DNA of 64,000 bases from Bispira polyomma. Its lineage: Eukaryota. This document shows, one piece after another, positions 13,731-28,300 of this stretch. Position 1 is the stretch's first letter. Each line of letters starts with the position of its first letter. The notes beneath the pieces are model-generated. The model ran no database searches. It saw only the letters and a program-made list of their open reading frames with translations, and was not told where the DNA came from. The stretch spans positions 56,668,001 through 56,732,000 of the forward strand of contig OZ287752.1 of the NCBI GenBank assembly GCA_965649765.1. Direction: 5' to 3'. The position numbers and the translations under genes were made by a program.

Positions 13731-14399
13731 TGAAGACCTTATATATTATTTCCAAAATTTATGAATTTTATCTAAAAAAACGTCTTGAGATGTATTTTTA
13801 TTAGTCAATTTGTCTATTTCCGGTATTTTGTCCACCATTTTAGTTTTGCTGAAGCCATCACTTGACAAGTATATAATGTTAAGGACATTTCTACTGATCT
13901 TTCCTTTTCTTAGGTAGATAGAATTATTTTGATTTCTGATCAAAGGTGGCCATAATAATTAAAATGATATCATTGGGTATCTTTGGTATTAAAAAAAATT
14001 GTCAATCTGTTATTCTGTCAAATTATTTCTATCAGAAAAAAACCCCGGGAAATCCCACAGGAAGAGATGGTGTGTGCATGCGCCAACAGGTTCTCGCTAG
14101 CAAACATGGAAGATAAATTCACAGAAACCTTTTATATATTGTGTATGAATTTAAATACTGATGATCAGCATTCAATAAAGGTTCTTATACAAAATATAAC
14201 CATTTATCTTCAATTCTATATATTTTTTGCTAGCCAAATCCTTATTTTAGGCTGTTATTTCTTAAGTTTTTGGTGTCATTACACTTTACAAAGATTTGCT
14301 ATAGTAAGAGACTCTGTCCCTCGACGAGCGTACATCACTAAATCGAAGCACACAGTTGAGTGGGAAGGATATTCTATTCTGAAGTAGATGGCACAGTAA

Positions 14400-16400
14400 T
14401 AATAATAATTAAAAAATTTATAAAGTGTCAAATTGATAAGAACATCCTCAAAGGCGCTGATATCAACAAGGGAAAAAATCCACAGACAAGCAAAAGTCAT
14501 TACCAGAAAAGCATCCCCCAAGGGAAGAGTGACTAAGGAGAGGGTGTAGGTCAGTCTGAAAAGGTAAGTTTTTAGATGGCTTGTGAAAGCAGTAAATTTA
14601 TCCTGTGATATGACAGTGTGTGGGAGTTTGGGAGACGGTGAGGAAGTTTCCCTAGGTAAGGCTATTACATTTGATAAGTGAGGACAGATAAGGAGGTTGG
14701 TTGAGTTTGATAGCTTTAAACACAAGAAGGTTGTATTTTTTTAAAAATCCACTGTTCGACAGTTAGCCAGTGGAGTTTCTTTAGGTAGGGTGAGACATGG
14801 CTAAATTTGTTAAGCATATACACAATACGACAGAGGGCATTTTAGACTCTTTGGAGCTTTGTTATATTGACCCTATTTATACTGTTTAGCAAGGCCTTGT
14901 AATAGTCTAGCCAGCTGCTTACCATTTCGTTACCCACCTGGGCCACAGTTTCGAGTCTGAGGTACCTGCGTATTATGCTCAGGTCGTGTAGATGGTAGTA
15001 GCATGCCCGACCGACACTGGCTGCATGACTACAGAATGAGTTATCTCAGTTAAAAATAATACCAAGGTTTTTAACTTTACTTGATGGTGACATATTAGAG
15101 TTTAGTAGACTGATCAGAAAAACTGATTTGAAATTGTCTCAAAATTTGGTTTTATCTAGGTTGATTTTAAGCTTGATGCTTTCCATCCATGTTTGCACAG
15201 TTCGAGGCATTTTGCCAACTCTGATATGCTTGATGTTAAGTTTCTTGCATCAAGCGCCAAGTATATTTTGTGTCATCACCAAACAGGTGGTGAGTGACGT
15301 TAAACTAAGATATTATTTTACTGAGGGGAGTGGTGTACATGGTGAAAAGAAGAGGGCCCTATACAGAACCTTGTGGGACACCATGTGGTAGTGAGAAAGC
15401 TTTTGGGAAATTATCGCCAATTTTGTGGTGTCTTCGTGGGCCATAAATTTGTTTAATTGTTTTGCCACTGCTTTCTCAATGAGTTTGGAGACAGGTCTGT
15501 AATTTTTAAAGATGTTTCTGTCGAGGCTGGGTTTTTTGAGAAGGGAAGAAATAAGGCGGTTTGAAAACAAGATGGAAAAATGCCTTCCTGGACTGAAAGA
15601 TTTATGATACTAGTAAGGGTGTGATAAGGATGTCGATTCTTTTACCAAAGATGTTGGGATTGGATCCAGATCACAGGATATATTTGGAGATGATTGAATA
15701 ATCTTGAGGAATTCTTCCTTGGACATAGTATGGAAGGAGGTAAAAGTGCTGTGTATAGTGGACAGGTGCGGTAAGATCTTGGAGGATGATGACGAGCTGG
15801 ACCTTAGTTTGGTAATTTTCTCTGAGAAAAATTTACCACAAATATTTGCCAAGTCTCCACTGATTTGCAGTCAGATAGTATTACCGTAGAGGAATTATGG
15901 AGTATTTTTTTTATAAAATTCCACAAGGCCTTTGGGTTATCGCAGTTTTTATTAACAATTTTAGTGTATTGGCCGTGTTTGAAATGTTCCAGCATGTCGT
16001 TGTAGCATTTTGTGTCGGCACAATGTCAGCTTTAAAATCCTAACCATTTATTTTGTTTAGCTTACGGATTGTTATGTGTCTGTAGTTTCATAGAACTCTG
16101 AAGGGGAAATCTACAGTTAGAACTATTACAAGGTGATCTGATAGACCGCTAATATAACATGGCGACTGATGGCAGTTGAGAAGGACTTACTGACGCACAG
16201 CACATCTGAGGTTGGCCATGTATATGGGTGGGCTCATCAATGAGCTGTGTGTTATCGAACTGAGATAAGATATCGGTAAAATTTGTGGACCATGTGTCAG
16301 ATGAATCCATTTGAATATTACGATCCCCGCAGATGACATTTTTACGACTTGATAGAGCAGCAGCTTCTATGGAGACAGTGACGTCATGGGTGCAATATTT
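14400..16400 (-). mobile_element. Degenerate L2/CR1-clade LINE
   Basis: 'SCDLDPIPTSLVKE', 'LLKKPSLD..KNYRPVS..KLIEKAVAKQL'; frameshifts and stops. Confidence 0.85.
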
Positions 16401-19091
16401 ACTTACGTTTGACTGATGCTAGTACAACGCAGAAGTTTTCCACTGATTTACACCAGATTTAATAGATAGACTCTATGATCAAAGGTAACTGTCTTGATTG
16501 CGAGACCATTCATTTTAAAAGTATTCTTTATTGACCTGGAAAAGCCAATGCCGTCTTTATTTCAGTAAATGTGCAACTGAAGAGACATATACCAGTTCTA
16601 CACCATGAAAAATATAACTTAATAAAATAATACTAATTGTAACCTTTTGTAGCAGTTTAATTTATGTGTTTTTATTGCAAAGAATTTAAGCAGAAATTTT
16701 TTTGAAATGTGGAATTGCGAAGTTTAAAATGTACTTCAGCTGTAGGCTGGATAAAGATTCATCTCCAGACTGTTTTATGGTTTACAATGTCTGAATAATT
16801 TAGATCTGGAACAGGATTTACAAACAAAATATTTTAAGTGAAGTGGTATTTATTAAAGTCTTTTAATTGACTTTAAGACGACCTTAGACTTTTATTTAGA
16901 TTTTAAGTGTGCAAGGCATTGTAAAATTTGATGATGAAAATTGTTCAATTATATATTGATAATTTTTATTCAAATACACAAGAGTGAACATGTAAAGATA
17001 TAGAACAGAATAAAGGTGTAGCTGACAAGTATACTTTTTTCTTTAAATGTGGCTATCAAATAATATATACAGTACAACACCTGGCTAAGAGGTGAAGGCC
17101 GAATGAACGTCAGATAAGGTCAATTGTGAGATAAAGTTTAAAAGGAGGGTCAAAGAAGGTGTTAAAGGTTTTAGCTAAGTACAAGCAAAGGTAAAGTTGA
17201 ATAGAGGTGAGAATTAAAACAGGAAGAAAGAGGGAAAATAATTATTGTGGGTGTATAATGAATCACTAAGGATCAGGCACAACCATCCTAAAATAAGATC
17301 ATTAAAAACAACAAATACAAACATTATAACTAAAACAATAATAATTGGTATCAATCCCATACAATAAAGACAATTGTTACAATGCATATTAATGCACCAA
17401 ATCGCAAGTTAGTAGGTTACACTAGTAATTAAAGCAAACCGTAACCTGCTATATAAATTTTAATGTTGCCCATAGCGTAGACAGCGTTCGGATAAATGAA
17501 GTTAGTCAACCATGGGTAAAAAATACAAACCCTCAATCTCTGTTAAACCTTCTCTGACTTTATCAAACTTCAATATCCTGACTTTATCAAACTTTAATCT
17601 CCTGCAATCATATTGCTTATTAACAAGGTACCTGGCCATTTAAAAAAAAGCAGAAGGCACAAGCATCTTTTTAAATTTTGCCCATATCAAGGTGATCCGA
17701 TTTGATCTATGTAGTATCAATCTATCAGTTCACAAATCTTAATACGACTTTCTCATATGATGCTCCTAAGCTGTGGTAAAATCTGCCTCATGATATCTGC
17801 ATTGCTTCCTCACTTGCCTTTTTTAGAAAAAAAGCTCAAAATCTAACTTTAGCAAGACTTTTCCATCTTAGTGTGCTTACCTTTTTCCGGCGTGTCCATG
17901 GTCACATCTAAACATCTATGCAACCTTTTAGGAGAACTACTAGTGCTTACTTTTGACCGACTACTAGAAGCAGTATGATCAATTTGACTTTGCAAGTCCA
18001 TATTGTTTTTGTCTAAAGAGGTAATTTTTTTGTAATATCAAGTCTAGTTTATTGGCAGTAGAAACGTTGTAAAATCTCGGATTATAGATTTCCCTCAACC
18101 TGGCATACGTAGATGGCTGCATAGCAGAGATCTGGTTTTTGAACTTCATCATCTACATCTGGTTCAACTGCAGGTACGTCAGGTAACACAGAAACACTGA
18201 GATTAGCTAACTTCAGACATCTAAAACAAAAAGGGTCTGGCGTCCTTGGACATACGTAACCATGGCATTATAATGTTAATGTTTATTCACTAGAATATAA
18301 AACAGTTCCTCCTGCTGCAGCAGTGATAGACTTCCAAAAAAGAGACAATGAAAGATTTTCTGCCAAAATGACAAATCTCAATCAAATGGAACGACACGTC
18401 CCATGCCAGTGCAGAAGTGCTGCAGCATTGTTCTTCAGACAAACATTTAACAGTATCCCCAGTGCAGTAAATTAACTTGTGACAATTTGTCATATAAAAG
18501 GGGGACGGGGGTTTATAAACTCAAGTACACCAGACGGCAGACATCCAGAGTAGACAGTGAAATGGGAAGGAGTGAGACATTATATGGCTACACCAAAACG
18601 TGAGAAAGGAGGCCCTAACATGAAGTGGAGGAAGGATTGGGGGGGGGGGGGCAACAGAGACAGAGAGACCGAGAAAATAAGATCCTAGGTACACCACACC
18701 TTGCCGAAAGCTAACCCTACCTTAGGGAAGAATGTTTAAGTTGACAGACAGACTTCTAGGTGTGTAAATAAAGTTTAAGGGAGCCTAAAGGTGGGGGGGG
18801 GGGGGGGGTAAGACGGAGACCTAACATAAATGGGCATGCTAAGACTGAAACATTGTGCAATGCAACAACACACACATGAATGTTACAAATAGCCCAGTTA
18901 AAAACCAAACATCCACTCCATCATTTAAATAGTATGTGGAGGTGTAAATTGCCTCATGTTGGTTTTTCACATATATATATATATAGAAAAAACAAATTCA
19001 TCTTTAGGTGTTCATGGCCTATGGGTAAACAGGTTTTTTTACCTGGATTTATTCAATTTAAAAAAAAATGGCAGGTCTTTAACAGTTGGGA

Positions 19092-19348
19092 GGGGCCGCG
19101 GTGGCCTAGTGGTTAGCAAGCATTGCGCTTCACAATCACTGGTCTCTCACCTCTGGGCGGCGTGAGTTCGAATCTCGTCGATGCCTATGTGGGAAAGGTG
19201 GTAGTTCCTTACTGTGGGCCGCTGGTTTCTCTGCAGAACCTTGACCGACTGTATGCAGTGTTTCCTCCAGCGTTTCCAACTACCCATCCCAATATAACCT
19301 ACTAAAAGGTACTAGAGGGGACGTTAAATATCCAAATTCAAATTCAAA
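19092..19348 (+). mobile_element. Full-length tRNA-derived SINE with target-site duplication
   Basis: A box TGGCCTAGTGG (19102), B box GAGTTCGAATC (19164), (CAAATT)n tail, flanked by direct repeat TTAACAGTTGGGA (19079-19091 and 19349-19361). Confidence 0.88.
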
Positions 19349-20917
19349 TTAACAGTTGGGAACAACCCACAAAACAATAAAAACTGTCACACACATAGCT
19401 CATGAATGAAGCAATAATATTTTTCTATTTTGGGGGCCTATTTTTTATCAACAAAGGAGGATTTTATTAACCACTAATTTACACCTCTGTGTAAGTGTAA
19501 GAAGGGATATATTCTCCTGTGATGTTTGAAGGTATTTTTTTTTTTTTGTTAACTAGAGACAAGGCCAAGCATTTGTAGGACAAGACACAAAGCATATGAT
19601 TCGTCCACGTGACGTTCTGGAGTATCCTCTATGACAAGACTTTAACCTCAAGGTTGTATATAAATACCCTTTAAGTTAGCAATTAGTCTTTTTTTTATAA
19701 AAAATTATATTTAACAGCTATATTTGATGAAATCCTATGAACAATTAATATTTATTGAAATTAAATTAAGGTGATAAACTATGTATGTACACATGGCAAT
19801 TTTTGTCGTTCAGAGCATTGAATGTACTAAAAGTTGATTATGCACATATATATATATATGTGAATATATATATATACAGACCAAACCATCTACCTCACTT
19901 CTTGGCTTACCTCAACATTTTGATTCCTAGATCGTCATTTATACATAAGCACAGATCTGTTGAAACTTAATTCAGACAAATATTGTCCACTGCTCGACTT
20001 TAAAAAAATTGTTGCTACATCCAAGACATGTCAGCTTGTCCTGTTATTTAGCCATTCTTTGCAGGGCAAATATGCTCACAAACATTTTGAAAATGAGTAA
20101 TCTACAATTATTCTATAAATAGACACAAAAGCTAAATTTAGGTTTTGGCATATGTGTTTAAGGTATAATTCAGACTAGGTACACAATATATAATTTATAA
20201 TAATTTGCATTATTTATAATAAAAGTTTCACCATAGATATATGTAGATCATAATTCCTTTTTCTATCATTGGGTTTGTTTCTATGGGGAATCATATGTAA
20301 CAAAATTTCACAGAGTGATTAATTTAAATATGAGTTATAGTTATCAAAGAGAGTATATCACTTTGAAAATAAAGATACATGTCCAGGTAATTTTTAATGA
20401 ATGAAATGATCAAAAGTTCAGTGCACACGTTGGCTAATCTTTGGCTATATTGTGAAAAAGTCCTAATTATAATTACTAATAAAACTGCCTCCTCAAAGGG
20501 TGTAGCTTAACAAAACCCATCAAAATTAACAAAATGTGATAATTAACGCCTTTGTAATTTGTCCCATTCGTATATTGAATTACCACAATGAAAAGGTGAG
20601 AGTTGGGGATAATAATACCACCCCAGGATTAATAAAACTGTTTTCAAAAACTGAGAACACAGAGCTCTGCCATGTTTGATGAGTCTGCTGCAGATGTTTC
20701 TTGTGTCCCCAAAAATGGATATACATGCTATATGTATAGATAGATATGTGTAATAGTATATATATAATTCTGGAATGAGTTTCATTCTTTCATTCTGTTC
20801 TAGCTGTTCACCTTTGGTGGTGTATGTCACACAAAACTAACACGAGAGGGAGTCGGTAACCTGGGTTTGTGTCATCTGCATATAGAGGAGAAAAGAGGAA
20901 AACCAAAAAGAAAGACC

Positions 20918-20930
20918 ATGATGGTTATGG
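20918..20930 (+). CDS. Gene B exon 1 (ATG ATG GTT ATG G, phase 1)
   Basis: Kozak-like accATG and G|gtaatt donor; phase fits exon 2; TATA-like run near 20755-20766. Confidence 0.5.
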
Positions 20931-22914
20931 GTAATTTGCTTGTTTTTTTTTTAAATATATGTTACATTTTGGTAGTTTGTGTTATATCAGTGATTTCAGG
21001 GTTGCAAGGTTTTATTGTTTTACTCTTTTTTTGGTGTTGTATAAAATACAACAACCTTGTAAATATGTGTTTTCATCGTTGAGACAAATTCGTAATGGAG
21101 CCTAAAGGCAACAGTGGGAAAACTTTGTTGAAGGTGAGACTTTCTTAACTTCTTTTTACACTGAATATTATGATTTTGTAGGGCATTTTTGGGTTTTATT
21201 AGACAAATATGAATAACTAGATGTACGTTTGGTCCAAGGCCTTAAAATGATTCATAGAGGGATTGTAAAAAGTTATTAGCGCTGACAATGATTGAACTAT
21301 TATTATCAGTAAGTAGAATGTTACCAGTAGATTATCATGTTAATAATGCTACTGTATACCCTCTAAACAACAGTAAAGCCCCTTCCAAAATATCCATAAA
21401 ATTACAATAGTTATAACAATGGGGTTTTTTCTTAACTTATTTTTACACTCAATATTATTAATTGGTACAACATCATGATTTGATAGAGCATTATGGGTTT
21501 TTAGCCCAGCATGAATCAATATTGGCGCAAGGACTGTTAGGTCCAAGGTGTGATCATGATTCATGGACAAATTAATATGCTAAAAAGTTATAAGAGCTGA
21601 TAAAATCAGGTTTTAATATTATTATCGAATACTTTGTAGAGCTTGCTAACTTTGGTCAAAGTTATACTTTAACATAATTTTAAAACTACTAAAAAATTTA
21701 ATTAGTACATTAAAATATCATGTGGGTTAAAATTTCTTTGAATTTTATCAATATTTAAATTTATCGTTGTTTAAGTATAAAAAGATGAAAAACACCTTAC
21801 ATCAAATTGCCCTACATTATTAAACATGAATAGAGATCAGCTTTAAAATACAACAATTAAAATTACAGGACCTTGGGCTTAAAATTTTATTAGCAGCCCC
21901 CCTGCCTTGCTAGGTAAATCAACATGCACTCAATATGTACCCAGTATTACCATGATAATTTACTACTAACACCTTGGTTACTGATAATAATATTCATTAA
22001 TAATGTGCTAGATGGAAATTTGTGACTTTTGGCTGGCTCATCTTCGCGGTATTTTAAAGTAACACAAAAAGAGGATGTTTATGTTTAATATGACTTCCCA
22101 ACTAAAATCTACAATTCTCAAATTAAATGGATGTAGAATTAGTTTGTCCAAGCATTTCAATTTACTCAAAGCTTACCTTCAGGATTAATAATTTAATCAG
22201 ATATAGTGAATCTAATTACTCACTAGTAATAAGAGATTAAGTTCAGTAAGTCTTGTGCAATCTTGAAACATAATAAAGTCATCTCTATTTTACCTTCACA
22301 ATTAATTAAGCCATTTATTATCTTTTTGGCTTGCAATGGATTAGTTAATCAATGTATAGTGTCTCTTTCAAGACATTTTGTGCCATATCACAATGGACAG
22401 TTTACTGGTGGGGAATCACACAACCTTTTAATTAGTCAAGGTATTTTGCTCTGCAAACCACCAGCCTTCAGCAAGTCTACTGTCAAATTTCCCACCTACA
22501 GGATACAGATTAGATTTTAAAACGACAACTGCAGAGGTGGGAGGTGAGTTGACTTGTTGTTTAAATGATTTCATCAGGCTAAAAGTGTGCAGCAGGATAT
22601 ACTGGACTTATCATGTGTGGCTATTTTGATATTGTTTTAGCAGCTGTTCATTTTAAACAGTTGGCTGTTCCACTGATATTACGTTTGGCAATTTCAATTT
22701 TTAAAAAGATACCTGGAAGATACTTTGGTAGTATATTTGAATTTATTGCTCAGTCAGAAGCAAGGACAGAAGTTAGCTATTTTAGAATTAACATTTTTTT
22801 AGGAGAGGGAGAAATAAATTGGGGTATTGCAGGTTTTACTGCACTATCAAAAGCTAGTAATTGTTTAGTCCGTCAAACTACAGTTCTGACTGTTACTAAA
22901 ATGCCAGTGTATTA

Positions 22915-22969
<55 letters not shown>

Positions 22970-23061
22970 TACACTGGCATTTTAGTAACAGTCAGAACTG
23001 TAGTTTGACGGACTAAACAATTACTAGCTTTTGATAGTGCAGTAACACCTGCAATACCCCA

Positions 23062-23101
<40 letters not shown>

Positions 23102-25339
23102 TTGTTGAAAATATGTCAATAAACATTTTTAGGAAAAGACTTTTTAAGATCGGTAAAGCCTTATTGTCATTAACCAGGGGAAAAGTAGAGCAATAACCGT
23201 ATTAGAAACAGCCCGGGAGATACAAATTAATAAAATACTCCACTGTACATCTCAATAAGTTTTGCCCGTCAATCACCACCCCACATTTTTAGTTAATAAA
23301 TGTAAAAATTTCTTATTTGACAAAGTCTATAATGGTTTTTCTACCTTATCACAGTTTTGCCCACCATTCCCGGGCTACAAGTTTCAAAGCTACTCCATTT
23401 TCACACAGTTTCTGAGAATGATGTTCTCAAACTCTTCAAACTTTCAAAATCTTCTTCCATCTAATCCCTGCCACTTCACGACAGTGTTTTCCACTCGTGT
23501 TTCAAGACCACTTATGTTGCCCCCTACTGAGGAAAATCAGGGCTTGACAAAAATTTAGACCAGTCTCTAACCTCACCTATGTCTCTAAACTCATTGAGAA
23601 AGCTGTTGCAAAACATAACTATGGCCACCTTAATAAACATAAACTTGCAAACTGCCACCAAGAAACACATGATTAAATACGCAATACCATATACCAGATT
23701 AACAATGTACCTTTACATTTCAAATTACCATTCAGATATTTACCTTTGGTTCATTCCATGTGTGGTCTTTTCTAATTTTGTATAATTTAATCATCACCAA
23801 AACATTTCTTGTGTATATGTATTTACTGTGAACAATGTTTAAATTTAGATTTTGCATATGAACTAAAGTAGTGAATTGATGTAGAGCATTCTCTCCCTAC
23901 CCCCCCCCCCCCCCCCACACACACACACCCCGCCCCTCTTAAGCACATTCATATTAACAGTAATATTTTTAAGGAAACAAAATTTATCAGCAATATAATG
24001 TACTGTTTTGTTGTTGTTTTTGAACATTTTATTTGACGACTAGTAATGCAATGACCACTAGTAATGCAATACAATGTGCTAACAAAAAACTACGACAATC
24101 TGCTTTTTTCTTTGTTTTATAATAGCATAAAGTAATGTCAAATAATTGTACTCTGAATTCACAGCAGAGGCGATCCCACAAGTGCAAGAGATTAGTGGGG
24201 CTAATAGTATTACTTGTAGACTTTAGTAAATACACTCCTAAACGTGTATCTTGTCTTATTAGAGGAAGAAACAGAAGTTATGAAAATGTACAATACTTCC
24301 CTTGTTGTTACAAACATATATACAAGTATATACCTCTTGGCATATACAATAATAAAATTTACAATTTCTTACGTGATATACTTACAATCACATGGTAAAA
24401 GACATTCGGGGACATAAACTCAAGCGCAATCTCAGACTCAAATCAAATGGAGGTGTTGTGTGGAATGCACTGTATATGGATATGACCTGTACACTAGTGA
24501 CCATTCATTTTAATAGAGCTTTCATTGCTAAATTCAAATATGCACTCTAATTTCACTAATCTTTACTCTAGCCGGAGATGTATGGACTTTGTAAAATTTG
24601 GGCTTGAGTCTGAGTTGAGCTTGAGACCTTTTGAGAATATGGCCACCTGGTTATTTTGGGCAAAACCTAATCATCATTATGCTGAAAAGATGAAAGCCAC
24701 AATGGTCTGAAAACCCTGACACTTAGAAGAACCTAATTATTCTGTTTGCTCTGTACTTGATGTTTAACCGTTTCATAACTCAGGGAGCAGTGTGCTGCAG
24801 TACTTTTTTTTTAAAAAATTACCAGGTTATAGATACTAGATAGCAACAGCCATTAAAACTTGGACCTCAGACGAATATCGGCATGTTATATAACAGGCAC
24901 ATTGAAAGTTCTTGAAATGTACAAAATTTGCCAGTTCTGCAAAGCACTGAAGTAAAGTAAATCAATAATATGGGGCTTAAGGTGCCTGTCGACGGATATC
25001 ATACCTGGGGAAAAAGTTGGTCAAGAAACATTATCGTGTAAAGGGTTAAAAGTCAAGATAGTCTTAGTTTTTTGAGAGGAAGGTGGGTGAAATCGAAGCC
25101 CAGGACAGTAATTTCACTTATTGTGTGGAACAGGTCACAAATATATTGAAGGCAAAGTAATAATGGATATCTTTTCCAAACGAAATAGCAATGTTTCTCT
25201 TAGAATTTTAAAGTCCGTAACCTTTTTGCCATCAAGTTACTAGATATGCTTCTTTGAGAATCTCTTTTGGTTTCACCAACCCTTGCTTAAAGTATGTCAT
25301 ATGTCATCTAACCTACACAGATAAACCACAAAAACAGTC

Positions 25340-25392
<53 letters not shown>

Positions 25393-28300
25393 TCATACAT
25401 TGATGTCTTCATTTTTCACTAATAGGACACAGAAACCATGTCTAGAAACAAAAAATATCTATTTATAAATCCATTTATTTCTAGCCCATTTATTCCTAGA
25501 TATTTCTCTTATCCCATGGGCCTGGAGGCAGCATTTCTTTGACAAGTTTGTCCCATTTTTAACATATGGTTTTTGTACAGACAATGAGGGAGGAAACATT
25601 TGATAATAATTAGTAATATATTGATGCAGAAATGTGGGATGTTTGTATTATATAAAAGACCGGAGGTGTTTTTGACTAATATTTACGATTATCTCAACAT
25701 CTGAACAGGTTAAAGACATTATTAAGTGAGACTGCATCTGTATTTTTTTTATCTGATGCCCCAGCTTTAAGTTTAATTTGTTTGGTGTTAAACATTGCTT
25801 TGGAAGCCATCGACATGCAGAATCCTGGTGGTAGAAATCAACATAGAGTTGTTACGATTTTTTTCACTGCAGTCCACCAGCCTTCACCAAGCTCAGACTG
25901 TATCTTTCTCTATTTCTAGGTTATACTCAAGTGTTCACCAAACTATGTCCTTGGCTTTTGACCCTACTTTTGTCAAGTACCAGTCTTTCGTCCCCTGTAC
26001 ACTTCAACCCGTGCCATGATCACCACGTCTCCTCCGAAACACAGCCCAGTCACCGAAGTTCGTGGAGAGGGCAGGACGCCTTCATGACTAAAGTACTCAT
26101 GGACCTGACAAAAACCACAGAAGTCACACAACAAATAAAACAACAGGTGAGGTAACTCGTCATACCATAACAAGAGTTGTCTTTTAAAAAACATAACATG
26201 GGCGCACAGGGTAAAATACATTAACGTTGATATGGCCACTGTATACTCAAGCTGTGCCTGATAAAAATAAGTCTGACACCTTTAAGTTTGGTGGCCGGGT
26301 CAATTTTCTTCCAACCAATCCATGAAGGCCTGACATATTTCTAACATGGCGGTGCCTTTTACAGAATGAGAAAAATATCAGGCACAGCCTGTAGGTAATT
26401 ATACTGAAACAAAGAGTACAAGCAAAGATTGCAAAATAAACATCTCACATTTCTGCCATAACATTCGTGTGCTGGTAACTGGGCTCCGATCACGAACCTT
26501 TGACCTTTGACTGTTGGACTACTCGTATTGGACAATAACCAGGACGTGCACTATAGAAGATGCACAGACATCAAGTATATGGCACTGTCGAAGTTTAACA
26601 TTGATATCAATAGTTTATTTTATTAACAATTAAACACAAGTTTAACATTGACATCAATAGTTTATTATATTAACAATTAAACAAAATACACATCGAGACA
26701 AAAGGTAAAGCATAAGACCAGAAAAGAGGATAATATCATGACACATGTAAAAGACTGTTGTATCAAATGGTGCTTGTAATTTAATTTAGCTTTTTTGGCA
26801 TGGATCCAAGGAGCTATTACATTTCCTTCCATGTCTTTGAAGACTCGTCATTTATATTACCCAGAATTGATGTCTCTCTCTCCCACCCATTGGTGGATTA
26901 AGCATAGTAACTAAATAGTTACTCTATAAACACATTGTGGTGATGACTTTGGTTTTATTTGATACACCATGTTCATGACTATTACCTCAGGCCTATAATC
27001 ATATTTCTGACTTTGATATAAAATGTAATCAGATTTATACTCAGCACATATATCTACCTTCATCTGCGGCAATTAACCCTTTCCTGACTGCAACAGTCTA
27101 CTGCCTCAGTTACTGTCACTCCCCTAACTGAAGAGAGAGGCTTAAGGATGACCATTTACCAACGTCCCCAAGGATCTTTGGCCTGCCACTGGGGATAGGA
27201 CCCAGTGACAGAGGATAGCTATTTTAAGTGGTCATCCGAGCCACTAGACAAACAGGTGTACACATCTTTCCCAAGGATGTTATCCCACCAATGAAATTAG
27301 CAGCCGGTACCGGGAATAGAATCCAGGACCTTCTGATCATTAGGTCAACTCCCTAACCACTAGGCCACAGGGGACAAAAGACACTAAGTGTAAATATTAG
27401 CATAATACCTCACTAATTTGCAATTTATATGAGAAATCAATTTGAATTTAGGCTTCACAATTACTCATTTTGATTAAACAATAATATGTAAATTATCATT
27501 TTGATTAAACAATAAGATGTAAATGCTCACTAATAATTTCATCTCATTGGCTAAAACAACTAAAATAAATATCACTTATAAATAATGTCCTTACAGGGCT
27601 TAGGAAAAAACCTGATTGAAAATTATGTTGTGAAATTATTTTAAGAAGTAATATTTTATCATAATGGAAAATAAATAAATGGTTATTTCAGTGTTGAAGG
27701 GTTTTAACTATATTGTATTAACTTATCCCTTGGTATCTTGTAAATAATTTTCCTGTAGCTTTCATGAAACAATTCCATTTCAGGTTAATTTAAAATCAAT
27801 TTAGTACTGATAATTTTTTTATTAAAGATTACGTAGTCTGATATATCTCTGTATGAATGTAACACTAGTTCTTATATTAAATGGTATTTTTTTATAAATA
27901 GCAGATAAGCATAAAACTTCCAGGTAAATATGAAGAATTGGCTTAGAATGTATGTCATGTGAAACCCATATTGGCAGAAAATCAGCTATGGCATTCTAAA
28001 CAATATTTTCTTATTCACGTAGAGTTTATTTTTATATTGATTTCACTTATTTCGTCTAATGTAAAAAAAAACGTTCCATAGAAACAATATTCTTATTTTA
28101 GTTTGTTATTATCTAAACTATTTGACCGATATATATGTTTTTGTTTTTGTCAGTTGGAGGATGATTTTGAAAATCTTGACCATATCGAATACTTGAAAGA
28201 GCGTGGAGAGATTGATGCCCTTCTTGCGGTGAGTATTACTATAACAAGTTAGACACAATCTTGTGATAGAGCTTTTGATGACTTCTAGGTGACTCTGCAC

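Noticed and set aside
17980-18500. Cys/His-rich minus-strand reading with an acceptor-like site
   Set aside because: Interrupted by stops and adjacent to LINE remnants; most likely decayed retroelement sequence.
19092-19180. tRNA-like A/B boxes
   Set aside because: No full cloverleaf; followed by SINE body, tail and TSD.
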